Of a stretch of DNA of 64,000 bases, positions 12,101-28,100 are shown piece after piece. A model generated the notes under the pieces. It was not told where the DNA came from. It worked only from the letters and a program-made list of their open reading frames with translations, and did not search any database. This DNA comes from Octopus vulgaris. Taxonomy: Eukaryota. The stretch lies in the NCBI GenBank assembly GCA_951406725.2, contig OX597822.1:102610001-102674000 (forward strand), in the 5' to 3' direction. Each line of letters starts with the position of its first letter. Position 1 is the first letter of the stretch. The position numbers were made by a program, and so were the translations under genes.

Positions 12101-15100
12101 ACAGGCACGAGCACCATACGAGCGGGATTGTTGACAGAGTGGCTAACCGGCTTCCGTGCCAGTGGCACATAAAAGGCACCATTCGAGTGTGATCATTACC
12201 AGCTTCGCCTTACTGGCACTTGTGCTCCATGCTAGTAGGGTGCTAAGAGCACCATCTGAGTGTGATCGTTGCCAGAGCGGCTAACTGGCTTCCGTGCCGG
12301 TGGCATGTAGGAGGCACCATTCGAGTGGCATTATTACCAGCATCGCCTTACTGGCACCTATGCCGTTGGCATGTATAAAAAGATTCGAGCGAGGTCGTTG
12401 CCAGTACCACCTGACTGGCCTCCGTGCCGGTGGCACGTAAAAAGCACCCACTACTCTCTCAGAGTGGTTGGCATTAGGAAGGGCATCCAGCTGTAGAAAC
12501 TATGCCAAATCAAGATTGGAGCCTGGTGCAGCCATCTGGTTCGCCAGCCCACAGTCAAACCATCCAGCCCATGCTAGCATGGAAAGCGAACGTTAAACGA
12601 CAATGATAAATATTCCAAAAGATTCCATAAAATAATTAATTTCACCACATTCAACGTGTGTGTGTGATTCTTAAATAAAATTATGATAAAAGCTTTTCAT
12701 TTAAATATGAAGAGATTCAATGTTTTGTACGCTAGAACTCGAAGCAGTACCAGGCAAGTTTGTCTCAAAAGGGAGCAAGAATTCAAATTTTCAATGTGAT
12801 GTGAAGACACTTTTTAACTTAAAATGGATAAGCTTATTGCAAAAAAAAAAAAAAAAAAAAAAAAAAAGCAACCACTATTAGGTTAAATATATCAAATGAG
12901 ACTAAAATGTTTTGTTCAGGGATTGCCATATGTTACAAATTCACGACTCAATAGACATTATGATAGCTGGTATCCTTCTAAAGAAATCTTGTCAGAATAA
13001 CCTCAGCCAGAAACAAATAAATAATACCACCTTGTAACCAAAGGGAAACACAAACCTTGTTTTACGTGGATAAATTACATATAGCAGTGTGTATGTTTAT
13101 ATATATATATATATATATATATAAAGCACACAGTCGGTTACAACAACTAGGGTCCCAGCTGATACGATCAACAGAACAGCTTGCTCGTGAACGTGCAAGT
13201 GGCTGAGCACTCCACAGGCATGTGTACCCTTAATGTAGTTCTCAGGGGGATTCAGCATGGCATGGAGTGTAACAAGGCTGGCCCTTTGAAATACAGGCAC
13301 AACTCTTTGAAATACAGGACTACAGCAACGTGAAATAAAGTGTCTTGCTCAAGGAAACAATGTGTCACTGGAAATTGAACTTACGACCTTACAATTGTGA
13401 ACCGAATGCCCTAACCACTAAGCCATGTGCCTTCACTACAGACACACAGAGCTGGAAGCCATGTATCTCTTCTACAACAAGACACCTGTGCCTGTCTCAC
13501 TATCATATTTTGGCCTTTCAACACTTGGAATAAATCCACCTCTCGCAAGACCGCCCCCCCCCACTCAATCAAGGGCTTTTGTCACGCAAGTTACTTGTTG
13601 ACCTCACTAGTACCAATGCTGCAAAAGTGGTAGGCTTTAGAAAGGTCATTCAGCTATAGAAACCATTTTCCAAGGCAAACACTGGAGCTTGGCACAGTCC
13701 TCTGACACACCACATCTTGTCTAAACGTTCAACCCATGCCAGCAAGGAAAACAGACATTAAATGGTGATGATGTATACACACATGTAATTGTATCTTCTT
13801 ACCAACAACCATCATGCAGCTGTCTACCATGCTCCCACTAACACTCTCACTCTGCCCCCCTCTTTCATCGTTTTCTTTTCTATCCTCTGGTGTTGGAGAA
13901 CAAACATATGGTAGGAAAGGGGCCAGATGCCCTTCGTAGTATTGATGCCACAATGAAATAAATCCAGGCTACTCTATAATGTAGAGAGACATTTAGGGAT
14001 GAAAATCCTTTGATCTTCCCAAGCAACTTCTGAAGTGCTGGTGGCATGATAAAATGCATCCAGTACACTCTGTAAAGTAGCTGGTAATGGGGAAGGGCAT
14101 CCTGTTATAGAAAACATACCAAAAATGGATGTGGTCTCTAACCAATCAAGGAGGACAAATAAGTCTCAATAAGGACTTGGTCTGTAACAACTCATTCAGC
14201 CCATTCCAACCGGGAAAAGCAGACATAAAAATGATGATGATGACAATGACTATACTTACTTCTTCTGTGCCAAGATTGGAGTAAAGGAGAAAGAGATTAA
14301 AATACTGTTGCAGGTGCCTTCCATGCTCAGACACTTCCTTTTTCAGCAGATTCAGGATCTCTGTCAACAAGTGATCACTAAGTGTAGCACTTGGATCAGT
14401 GGCTTGGCCAACTAGAAACAAATAAAAGACAACGTTCACAGTTTATAGAAGGAAAATAACAATTTCTATCTGAAGTAACATTCAACAGTTTTAAATGTTC
14501 AAGTGAATTTTTCCAATTGAAATGAAACTATTTTTCCATCACTATTTCCCATCATTTGATATTTAAGTCAATATGTTCAAATCACTATCTGAAACATGAC
14601 GTTGTGTACATATATATATATATTTATACACTAGTAGAGAGACCCAGGGTTGCCCGTGTTACATGCAATTGAAGAATTGGACTTTTCTGTTATATTTTCT
14701 CTAATGAACTGGAATACCTACGATTCAAATTTCATCAAAATTGCAGATGAGGGTTCTTTCCCTCTTTACACACCTTAAAAGATTCTAATCATGACACATG
14801 TATCCCATACTACTGATCTTTATGTGCAGATTCCAAAATTCTAGTCTTATGGAACCTGTTAAAAGGATTTTGCTCCTGAAAAATGGAGGTCATTGAGCTC
14901 TAAAATGTGGGAGTTAACTTGGGTCTTATATCTATTGTTCGAATTTCTTTGAAATAGGAAATATATGTTCACTGGGTTTGTAAAAGAGAGCAAAGCTACA
15001 GGAAACCAAAAGACGAATGATCACAATAAGCAGTCAGCTACCCTACCCTAGTCGTTACCACTCCCCAATGTAGGATTCCTCACCATCCAGGTGACAGGCA

Positions 15101-15721
15101 CAGCCGTAAGATGCATTATGGATCTATAGCAATTGGAAGGGTGTGACCCAACTCAACTAAACATTAACAAGTGTATGACATGAGGGGTAAGAGGAAATGA
15201 AAGTGTCCCCTCTGGAGTTTGCAAATGATCACTATACCGTTAGGGAAACTGGACAGAATAAATTTACAGTCTATAAATGTCTTTGAAAAACCAGTCACTC
15301 ATTTGGGAAGGCCTTGAAATCAATGTTACCATCTGAGGACTATGTGTGACCCAGTAATAATAAAAAGACTCAAAGGCTTATATATATATATGCACTTCAT
15401 ATATATATTATATACATGTATGTCTGTATATACATGAGATAATAGTTTCACTTTAATAGTTTCAGTATTAAAGTGAAACTATTAAAGTGAAAATATCTGA
15501 CATTACATTAGAGAGATGTAATTGTTTCACTTTTGACACATAATACCGGAATAGTGGAGGAGATATGATATTGCTCTGGGCTTGCACTAGGGAAGAAGTT
15601 AAAAAATTTTTTCGCCTAAGACACTACATGGATCGTAAGGCATGTGTAAAATTTGAATGAAATTGGTTGTGTAGTTCTCAAGTTTTAGGGATTCACACAG
15701 ACACACACATCTCATGTTTAG

Positions 15722-15757
<36 letters not shown>

Positions 15758-18700
15758 TGGCAGCTAAGATACTGAAGTTTTCATCTAAGATAAAATCTCT
15801 TACAGGTGTGCTGTGTTAAAAAAGCAATATATACGTAAGAGTGATATTGTGAATAGCCACCAGGCTGAATAAAAAAACCAATCTACACAAGTGAAGTAAT
15901 ATTAAATTAAATAGCCATCTATCTATCAGATTTTTACTTTAATGAGAATATATTAATTCTTTAGATGAATTACAATACATTCTTTCTATATGCATTTTAT
16001 AATTACGACACTGAAAAGCCTCTTTATTTAAGGCATAGAGCCACTTCCTCCTTTCCCAAGTACAACCCTACCATCACCACTCAGTCTAGAAAGCTTTTTC
16101 CCTTTCTTGTCTTCCAAGTTACTCGGTGACCCACTATTGCTGGTGGCACAAAAAAAAAAAAAGCACCCAGTACACATTGTAAAGTGGTTGGTGTTAAGAA
16201 GGGCATTCATCCAAAACTGGCGTTGGAGCTTGACACAGTCCAGTGGCTCTTTGGGGTCCTATCAAACTGTCCAACTCATACCAGCAAAGAGGACAGATGT
16301 TAAAGGATGATGAAAAATCCTGAGTTGTCAGTAGTTGGCCATTTTTAACAATAGGAAATTATTAAATCAAAAGATAAAGATTTTTTTTTCTTTTATTATT
16401 TTTATAATTTTGCTTAATTGATATTATTATTCTAGGCATGAAGGAAATGGCAAAGTGAATTTGTTATCAAAAATATTGAACTTACCCTGAATAAATGGAG
16501 AAGGACATGGTCCATCTTGCAAAGTATAATGAGCAAGAAAAACCAGCATTTTCGCAAATGCTCCTCGTACCTGAAGAGAAAATACCAGATACAAGAGTTT
16601 ATTCAATTTTCCTTCAAGTTAATCTACTGTTTAAATTAAATAACAAAATATATGAAATACAACTGTTTTTTCCCTTTTTTTTAAAAATTCTGATATTAAA
16701 AAGAATAAATGAAAAAATAGTGGTTTTAAAGATTGTAATATTTAAAGAAAAATAAAACTAATGAACTCCTCACAAAAACTGTAGCTAGACATATTTCAAA
16801 ACTGAAATATTTCCCTAAACAGAAAAAGAAATGAGTGGTTGTATACTGTCAACATAACATGACAGTCCCGTAAAGGGAATTACACCACCGCTATTTAGCC
16901 CAAGGAAGCATCGACGCTTCCTGTTGGCTTTGACACATTTCCTGAGTCCTTTGCTAGTCCTAGCTGGTGGGGGTGCTTGCCTCCCCTTCGCAGATATAAG
17001 GATAAATAGCGGTGGTGTAATTCCCTCTACGGGACTCATGTTATGTTGACAGTATACAGCCACTCTATCGCTTCACCTCCACTCATGTCTCTTCGAGACA
17101 TTTAGAAATTCAATATTTCTAAGAAAAAGAAAATTTAAATGTTAAATGGTCTTGAAGGCAATTACCTCTCCAACTATTTCATAAAACAACTTTATACAGT
17201 AAAATAATCCGTAAAATTCTAACACTGAAGGAAATACATTTGTTAAATTAAGTGAAGCTAATAATCACCATGTGGAGAAACATACTAGTATTAATATTCT
17301 TAAATTAAATACTGATATAATTAAGTCTATGAATTATATAAAATTAAATACAAACAAAAATAAATTAATTAAGTAGTTTGTTATGCTAATTCCTGAACTC
17401 ACCTCTGAACTGGGGCATTCCAAAAGGTATTCTGCAAAGCGATTAGTATGAGCAAATAAAACATTATGCACAAACCAGCTGCGCACAGATTTGCTGTTTC
17501 TCATATGGATACACAATGCATCATACCATTCATTGGCCGGACCTCTGCAATTAAGAATGTCACAAAACACTTAAAATTTCTAAAGAGAAACTGAAGTTGA
17601 ATATTAAAACTAATTACAAGTATTCCTATTTATTATCTATTATGGATTTAATCACAAAATTTTAAGTCCTAAAATATGACCTTGATTTTGTCTACAAGCC
17701 TCAAATTACTGTACAAAACTATAGTATGCCACTTTACTATTCAGAACATCTTAAAAGTCTCTCTGACTGAATGGCATAATTAAACTATAGTGTTTTTAAA
17801 AATAATTCTCGTAATAGTTTGGTGAAATTTAAAAACAATTTATCGTTTTGGATAGTATACTGAGTCACTTCAGTAGAAATCCAATTTTTACAATCAATAA
17901 ACTCTGACATTTTTGTAACAAGAATATTTCTAGAACTACATTTCTACAATGATTCACCATTTATCAGTTTCTTTACAACTATCAAAAGCTTTCTTAAGAT
18001 ATTTAAATACAATTGTAGCTGGCATTAAGACAACAAACTAAACAGCAGATTATGAAATTAAAAAAACAACCATCTTAATCAAAACGCTTAAAAGCATGTC
18101 ACAAGGAAATAATCTACGAAAACTTATATTCAAACTATCATCATATTTCATTTTCAGTTTCTTGGGAGTTTAATTGTTAGGATCTATATCTTTTATCTTT
18201 TAATTGTTTCAGTCATTTGACTGCAGGTATGGTGGGTCACCACACTGAAGTGTTTTAGTTGAACAAATCGACCCCAGGTTTTTTTTTTGTTTTGTTTTAA
18301 AGCCTGGTATTCATTCAATCAGTCTCTTTTGCCAAACTGCTAAGTTATGGGGATATAAACACACCAAAACCAGTTGTCAAGGGGTGGAGTGGAAGAAACA
18401 GACAAAAATTCACAGATATATGCATATATACAACAGGCTTCTTTCAGTTGCTGTCTACCAAATCCACTCACAAGACTTTGGTTGGTCTGAGGCTATAGTA
18501 GAAGACACTTGCCCAAGGTGCCACAGAGTGGGACTGAACCTGGAACCATGTGATAAGGGAACAAGCTTGTTACCACACAGTCATACCTGTGCCTATGATA
18601 TGGCAAAAAAAATATTTTCTTTGATAAAGTAAAACTATAATGTATTGAAAGCTCAAGTCTATGAATAATCAATAACTTATTTTATAGACTAATTCAGTGA

Positions 18701-21654
18701 TACACGATAAATATAAAAGTTCTCACCGTAAAGACTTCTTGGTATGAAAACCAACAGTGAATAAAAATTTTGATCCCAGCTCAACACTGATTAAGGCCAT
18801 TTGTTCAGCATCAGCAGGCTTAAAAAAAAAAATTCAGTATTAATATTTAAACAAAAAACAAAAAAAACCCACTTAATATTAAATGTCTAGCAATAAGTTA
18901 ATATCAATTTTTGTCAACTAAGAACATTAAAAGAGCAACTGAAAATTGCTGCTTTAGAAAACAAATAGCTAATGCCCTAACAAGTGGCCCCTTTAAATAA
19001 TATGGTAAATATTCTAATTAATTTTAACGAAAGAGGAAGATAGAAATCTTTACAAGCCACACTGTTAATGGTTCTGGTTTAACTGACTTCTTTAATTCAC
19101 TCAAGTTACTTTGAAACAAGGACATGTCTACAGACCATCTTTGTTTCTCTTGCCGAGATTTGAACGTAAAGACACTGATTTTTCTCTTTAACACCTTCAC
19201 AACCAGAGAAAATTGATCCCATTACATACCCCAAAATATGTCGTCTAACATGAGTGTTAGAACTACAAACTACTCGAGAAATTTTGAACACTGGAAAAAG
19301 TTAAAGAAACAAGTATTTGACAAAATATATATCTATGAAATACTAAAAATGTTAACAGTGATAAGGAAGAGCCTTTTATTTATTTTTTTTTTTTGCTTTT
19401 TTAAAGCACATCATTTTTTTTAATAATCCGTATTTCCACGATGGTAAATGCCAGACAGGACTTTCGGAGACGTAATGTTTTATGGCCAGATGCAATTTCT
19501 GATGCCAGCCCTTTTAGTCACATCTAATGACATGCAGGAACACAGTGTACCCATTCTAAAAACAGGTTCGGGGCATGGATAACTATGATTATATGACAAT
19601 GCTATTTATAGACCAAATACTTGGAACTTCAACAATTTGTTTAAATAAATTTTTTTTTAATTTAGCAATATAATAGAAACTTTTGTTTTTAAATTAAGCA
19701 GAAAGCCACTTTTGTGGATGAATCTTACACATTTCTGGTAACTTTTTGTTTTTAATTAATCCCAGAAAAATCACTACATGGATACATTGAAACTCCGACG
19801 TCTGGCAGCTAACTTGGCAGACACCCATAAAATTATCAACCATCGTACAAACAATAACTCTGAGCACCTTTTCAAACTCCACCCATCTAACACCCGTGGA
19901 CATATTTACAAAGTCAGAAAACAGCACAGCTCCCATGACTTCAGGAAACATTTTTTTCACGCTGAGAGTTGCTGAAGCATGGAACAAACTGCCGGCATCA
20001 GTTGTTAGTTGTCGGAGCACTGAATCCTTCAAAACTTCCATGCTTCCTGAGATTCGCCAACACTACACCTGATTTTCTCCCCTCCATACACGCACAAGCA
20101 TGTATCTGATTCATACATTGTTCGCTTTCCAGACATTTTTTACATTACTGCATGTACTTTATAAGCACTTTCTGACAAGTCGTGGTGCACCTGAGCACTG
20201 TATACAATAATTTCATTATTATTATTATTATATAAATCTTGTAAAGCATCTAGTCTGGTGCCTTATTACTGAAGCTTTCCCAATCATCATCATCATCATC
20301 ATTTAACATCCATTTTCCATGCTGGCATGGGTTGGATGGTTTGACAGGAGGTGACATGTCCAAAGACTGTGCCAAGTTCTACTGTCTTTCTGTTACAAAA
20401 GGAATTTCAATTCAAATAAATGGTGGTGGGGGTGAAAAAACAAACTTTTTTATATCTCACCAGCCTATCCTGTGGACAAGGGATAGATAAAAATGGAGCA
20501 TTGCACATGAGAAATTTTTTCATGAATTGAAAATATTCGGGTGAAAATTGGTTCTTCTCGTGCATGAAAAGGATGTTTTGCCGCCGAACGCAGCGCTCAA
20601 TTGCAGCAGGCATCTTTAACCTCTCTTGCCTTGAAACTGAAAGGAAGTCATTTAAGAAAGATTCTTATTAATCTGGAAGTCATTTAAAATTATTTACTAA
20701 AATATACCAATATGTATACATTGACTAATTTAAAGCTGCTACCTATATATCATACTAAATGTATATAAACTGTTGAAAGAAATGGTGCTGCAATTTTTTT
20801 CTGAGACAGAAAATTTCTCTATGGACATGTGTTAAAACCAGTTTTATATATACAGGAAACAGGGAATAATCCATCTGAAAGAGCATTAAGTTAAATTTGC
20901 TATCTGTGTAGTATATTAAATGCATATACACATACACCATTGAAAAGCAAATTGCTTTAAATTTAATATTTTTGCAAATGGAAATGTCACTTTATTTTTA
21001 AATTATTTTAAAAGTTTGGGTGTTAAATTTTTGAGAAAAAATTAATTTTCTGTCCTCTTTAATTAAAAACGGAATGAAATTTCTATTATTTAATATTTTT
21101 TATTATCCCTATGTACATTCAATGCACAACTGAGGACTGTTTCAAGTGCTTATGTAAAAGGTTCTTAGATTTGTCCTAACTTCATACTCCATGAGTAAGA
21201 TATGCAATACCTAATACTTTTGTGTATACTTCTGTAATTGCATAAACTTGATTGTGTATCCATGTCCTAGGATTTTGTATGTGTTTGTATATACAGTTGT
21301 GACCAAAAGTTTGGAACGTAGGTCTGAAAATTAGAATTTTTATATTAAATGTCCAAATATAAACGTTGTATATATATTTGAATCAAATTGTACTTGGGCA
21401 TATCATCATCATGATCATCATCATTTAGCGTCCGCTTTCCATGCTAGCATGGGTTGGACGGTTCAACTGGGGTCTGGGAAGCCAGAAGGCTGCACCAGGC
21501 CCAGTCTGATTTGGCAATGTTTCTACGGCTGAATGCCCTTCCTAACGCCAACCACTCCATGAGTGTAGTGGGTGCTTTTTTACGTGCCACCAGCATAACA
21601 ATTTTAATTTCTTAAAAAGTGTCCCAAACTTTTGGCACAACTGTGTGTGTGTGG

Positions 21655-21691
<37 letters not shown>

Positions 21692-24116
21692 GGGCCTCTA
21701 AACAGTTTCCATCAACTAAATCCACTTGCAAGGCTTTGGTCCATGTAAAGGGACTGAACCAAGGACCAAGTGGCTAGGAAGAAAACGTTTTACCACGCAG
21801 CTATGCTTGTGCCTATAGTAATATATTACTGTTTAGAATTTATGGACACTGAAGATGTATGAAACAAGAGGAAAAAAAAAAACTTTCAATGATGCAGGAT
21901 TGAAAACTGAATCTTACTTGTGAGGTCCAGTACTCTTTTTGAGACCTCGGCTAAGTCATCTTGAGGTTCTATCCGTTCATAGAACAATATATAGGCATTC
22001 CACCATCGCTTCTGTCGCCTGTAAGACATCCTATAGCAACAGGATAAAATCAAGTTCAAATTATAAAAAAAGAAATAAACGAAAAAAGAAATAAAAGACA
22101 GAAAAGAGCACTATGACATTACCAAGATATTAAAATTTGATAAAGTGAAAAAGAAAAAAAATGTTTTTTTTTAAATTTAAAATCATAATACGACTTCCAT
22201 ATTGAACAAAACAAATCACATTCAATTCATTTTTATACAGTAACTGACCTCTTAACTGGCTTCCAGAAATCAAGAAATAATGTGCACAATATCCTGTACT
22301 TTAAAGTTTAATCTGTACTTTAAAGTTGGTTAATCTGCATAAAGTGCATTAAATATCGTTTTGTTCTTTATTTTTGTTATGTGGATTGATAAAGATTAAA
22401 CATACACTTCTTCAAAAAGTGTAACAATTTGTACCTGTGTCTGTTAAACAAAATAGTTTTCTCTCCTTTTCTTCACTTAATTTTCATCCTATAAATATTT
22501 CATTGAGCAGTATGACACATTTTAAATGGATTAATAACAAATAGATCCCACTTTAGAAGTGCATTAATTTGAATTTGTTAAATACAATTTAGTTCTTTAC
22601 TTTTTATAATTCAAGTATATATTTAGGCTGTCTCCAGAAAACAAAAGAATCCAGAAATCCAGGCCACTTTAAGTTTTAAGATTCCTGGATATTTGGTCCA
22701 GTACTGTATTGCATCAATATAAGGGAAAAAAATGCTCATTTCCATATTTACATTTAATATGAACAAATATATTTTCCGAAGTCCTCAGCTGACTATTAAC
22801 TGAATATTTAAATATTTCAAATAGCCTCATAAGAAACTTACCTATTTTACTACTTATAAGACATTTTTAGCCCCTCAAAAATAAATCATTCAACACCATA
22901 ACATATCAATATCTAAAACAAATAAGATTTGCAGGGACAAACCTCTTCATCATATGATCGAACACCTCTCCAACATATTCACCACCAAAGCACTGGTTTT
23001 TCATTTCCTGAGAAGAGAAATGTTAATAAGAATTCAGTCAACAATACTAAAATTCCTCTTTAATAAAAATAACAAAATTCTTTTTTAAATCAATTTAGAG
23101 CATGTTACCCAAGAACACAAACAACACATGAATATTTCACCAAGAAAATCTTAAAAGAAAGCCAAATCTACAAATTATGATAAATTCCTTTAATCAAATT
23201 AATTGTTATAAACCAGTTGTTCTCTATTGATAATTCCTTCAAGATTACATTTTCATTCTGATATTTTTTTTAAATTGACAATATTTGATGAAGAAAAACT
23301 ATTATGTAATCATCATCATCGTTTAACATCTGCTTTCTATGCTAGCATGGGTTGGACGATTTGACTGAGGACTGGCGAACCAGATGGCTGCACCAGGCTC
23401 CAATCTGATCTGGCAGAGTTTCTACATCAGGATGCCCTTCCTAACGCCAACCACTCCAAGAGTGTAGTGAGTGCTTTTACGTGCCACCGGCACGAGGGCC
23501 AGTCAGGCAGTACTGGCAACAGCCACACTCAAATGGTGTTTTTCACGTGTCACCTGCACAGGAGCCAGTCCAGTGGCTCTGGCAACAACCTCACTCGAAT
23601 GTTTTTTAATGAACTTCGCAAATAGAATTCAACCTTTTTCACAGGCTTAAGAAATTTAACCCTTTTGTTACCGTATTTCTATTGAAATACACTGCATTTG
23701 ATTCGATAACTTTTGAAAATAACGAAGAGATTAATAAAATAATTTTGTGATTATTATATTGGTGTTGAAACGTATATTAAGAGGAAATTTTGATAAGAAG
23801 TTATAATTTAGATCACTTTAAAACAAGAAGTATGTATCAAAGGACGAGGAGTAGTCTCAAGTGGTTTGGTATCAAAAGTGTAATAATGATTAAAGTGGGC
23901 CAATGAAAATAAAGCAGTAAATCTTAGAAAATTTATGAAGTTATTCTATCAGTGAAATATGAACTTATTCAAACTCCTAATATAATTTTCAATGTAAATG
24001 AAGATCTATTAGTTGTGAGGTTAAGGTATCAGGTTGTAAAATGACAACATAGCAGAAGCCTGCTACAAGCATTCTGTTGTGTAGCACAAGTTACTTTAGT
24101 AGTGTTCCCTGCTAAG

Positions 24117-24181
<65 letters not shown>

Positions 24182-24316
24182 ATATCATCATCATCATCAT
24201 TTAGCGTCTGCTTTCCATGCTAGCATGGGTTGGATGGTTCAACTGCGGTCTGGGAAGCCAGAAGGCTGCACCAGGCCCAGTCTGATCTGGCAATGTTTCT
24301 ACAGCTGGATGCCATT

Positions 24317-24353
<37 letters not shown>

Positions 24354-25125
24354 TGTGTGTGCTTTATAAGAAAAATCTTAACAACCAGAAACATGAAACT
24401 CAGAGTTATAATTCCAGAAAGTTCAGCTTCTAATATCATCATCATCATCATCATCTTTTAACATCCATAGTTCATGCTGGCAGGATTGGGTGGGTTTGAG
24501 GACTGCATTGTGCTCCAGTGTCTACATGGGTGTAGTTTCTATGAATGGTTGCCTTTCCTAATGCCATCCACTTTTAGAGAGTGAACTGGGTGCTTTTTGT
24601 GAGCCATATATAAAACACAACACACACACATTTAAATTTGAAAAAAGCTACAACAATGCAACCCATGCTAGCATGGAGAACGGACGTTAAACGACGATGA
24701 TGAATGCAAGTTGAAAATAAATTTTCAGTCCTTTTATTTCAACTGTGATTGTAGTGACTTCCTAAAACACCTTCAACTTATAAACTTTATATATATATAT
24801 ATATATATAGGGTGCGAAACTGAAGGGAATCTCTCAAGGGCAAGCCACTGCTTCTACACATTTAGAGGTCATAACTCTTGTTCTACAGACATGTGATTAG
24901 AATATCACAGAAAAGAATTACATGACAGATTCTTCAAGCTGAGCAAACCAGCAGGTAACTTAAAGGTAGGCCAATAACACGATGGCTGGATAATATCCAT
25001 AGTCTCAAGTTGGCCATGTTTGGGAATCCAATCAGAAAGTCTAATGATGTTTACTTCTGATAGGACCCTATGGAGGAGGTGCTTGCCAACTCTACCACCA
25101 TGTTTCCAGGAATAGTGGCAAAAAT

Positions 25126-25163
<38 letters not shown>

Positions 25164-28100
25164 TCATCATCATCATTTAACGTCTGCTTTCCTTGCTAGC
25201 ATGGGTTGGACGATTTGAAAAAAGTGGATTGAAAGAATTTTTTTTTTTAAACCAAATCTAGAGCAGTAATAGAACATAGCTAGAAAATATTACATCTTTA
25301 CAAAAACAGAATCAAACGTAAAAATTTTCTTGGTTATAATTAAAATGAAAAACCTACTTCCCATTCAGCATATGTAATACAGATTGTTTAACAATATGCA
25401 TCTACATATATAGATATTTACACTTCACAGCTAGTGCAAGAAAATATAAAAATACTTGCTCCCACAAAATTAGGTAAAAACTTAAATTAGTATTCCCACA
25501 CTATTCTTCTTGCAGAGTGTAGTTGCATACAGTAATTAACTATTTGATGATAGTCTACACATCATTCATTCAAGTACTAAACATATTTGTATAAACCTGT
25601 GGAGCTTCCTTATTTATTCATCCCTGCAGTTATTACTGACATAAAGAAAAAAAAAATGAAAAACTGCAGTGAAAATGCAATTTAAGATATCAAAATAAAA
25701 GTTTTACCTCATCATCATCCATTTTACATTCGGTGACATCGCCATCATCAAATTTATACCATTTCGGAAGAACATCATCAGCACCTCTGTGGATGAGAAA
25801 ACAAAGAAACCATAAGAAAAACAAAGCAAAAAAGATACAGAAAATAATTATTTTCTAATGTTTCAAACAACAAATTTGACACTAGGAAATATTAAATGGC
25901 CTTTGAATTTAATAATTTCTGTGAAAATTTTATACCTAAGCAAAGGCATGCATGACTATGAGGTAAAATGTTTCCTTTGCAACTACATGGTTCTGGGTTC
26001 CATTCTACTACACAGAACCTTGGGCGAGTGACTTTAACTTCATGTTGACCAATACATCATTAGGGGATTTTGGCAAATGTAAACTGTAAAGAATTCTATT
26101 GTTTGTGTGTACCTGAATCCAGAAATTAAGCAGACTAATCAGACATGTATAAGAGTGATTCATTTTTCCTTTACATCTCATTATGATCATTCAAGTCCAG
26201 TAACCTTGCAATCCAACCATTAGGAATTAATGAAATAAATTCCTAACTAAAATAAGTACCGGGATTGGTATGATCAACTATACATATGAAGGCAGTACTC
26301 CAGTATGGTCATAAACCAGTAAAAGAGTATCTGTGGAGGTAATTGTAATTCAGCTTATATCAATAACCACAAACATCACAGGAAGTCAGGCTTAGTTCAG
26401 CTTAGGTGGCAGAACCGTTAGCACACCGGGCAAAATGCGTAGTCGTATTTCGACTGCCGTTACGTTCTGAGTTCAAATTCCACCGAGGTTGACTTTGCCT
26501 TTCATCCTTTCGGGGTCGATAAAATTAAGTACAAGTTGCGCACTGGGGTCGATGTAATCGACTTAATCCGTTTGTCCTTGTTTGTCCCTTCTATATTTAG
26601 TCCCTTGTGGGTAATAAAGAAACATATATTGGTAAAAGCAAACATCACAGAAAGTCAGTCTTAATGTTTCAGTTTAAATACTATTAAAAGTCAGAGCTAA
26701 ACTAGTTACATTTTCTAAATGAAAATCTAAGTCTTTTTGGAATATGCCTCAATATTGTAAATGTGTGACCCAAATCAGAGTATAAATCAACTCATAAAAA
26801 GTGGATTTCATCTCTATCTCTACTTAAATATTGGAGTTTAACCCTTTAGTGTTCACATTATTCTACCAAAATTAATGCTTCTTCATCCACATTGTTTTGA
26901 ACTAATCATGCATCATCTTGTAGCTATGAGATTTTGATGAGGTAGCTGTTCATTTTTAAGATGGTATTGTAGGGTTGGTGTGAGAGACCAGATCTGACTA
27001 GTTTGAACATAAAACAGGCAGAATACTTTTGGCCGGATATGGCCGGTTTAAATGCTGAAGGGTTAAGTCTAATCATGAAAAATTAAGATGAAACCAAAAG
27101 AATAAAATAAACCAAAGCATTTATTTTTAAATGTTCCTCTCATTGTAATTTTCTTGTTTGAACTTCTGCAGCAAATCTTTTGTCAAGGCACTAGAAATCC
27201 AAACTTTAAAGACAAAAAATAGGTTTAGTGTAAAAAAAAAAAAAACAACAACCTAACAACCTGAAAGTTCCCCTTATTCTAACAGCTGAAACCATTAGTA
27301 CAAAGTATGAAAGATACTGCATGAATGGATGAACTGAAAAATCAAAATCTAAATCCTCTACTGAGCTTCATGCCATACATCAAGCTCAGAACTAGTTATG
27401 TGATGCCTGTCACAAGAAGAGGCTGAAGAAATTGTCTGCTGTCAAAACTGCAAATATTTGGTCCACAAAGGACATGCTGGTTCAAAGAATAAACTAAACC
27501 CAAAACTTCCATCAAAAATATACTTCCGTAAGTACTGCAACTGAAGAAAATAGCTGTATATAGGCAGGTTGTTCTGGTGCCACAGCAACGAAAATTTGGT
27601 CTCCCTGGAAGCAAATCTGTGAACTACCCCGTAGTCTGAGCAACTCAAGTACATGCATAATTGTTAAGAAGGTTTATTCACAATGCTTTGATACGTTGGT
27701 CTGCTACTTTTCTGCAAGTGAAACCTGGCCCAACACGACTGATAAAAGCAATGGTCCCAAGTAAAACAGTACTTGCTCTTTTGGACATTCAAATGTTGTA
27801 TAAGAAACATCATGGACAGAAACACCTGAACAATGATGTCAACTGGAGCAATACTAAGAAGACAGAAGATTATAGTAACTTCATCTCAATCACATTGAAA
27901 AAAATACAGCAAATGGGAAAGTTGTACAGCAATTGAAGCAAGTATGCCATAATATAAATTAGAGACATTATACTATTATAAGAATACTTGTATATACAGG
28001 GTGTCCAGGAATTAAGGCAACCAAAGTTTTGGGCTTTGACAACTATCAATAAATGTGATAGGATATGAAAAATATACATCATTATAAAAGCTTAGTGTGT

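Noticed and set aside
12098-12450. Semi-regular gtgcc(a/g)gtggcac repeats resembling a repeat-spacer array
   Set aside because: These are internal tandem units of SINE family A, seen in many dispersed copies.
27396-27936. Cluster of short ORFs, possibly an old transposase relic
   Set aside because: No motif I can recognise and no clear termini; unsupported without a tblastx search.
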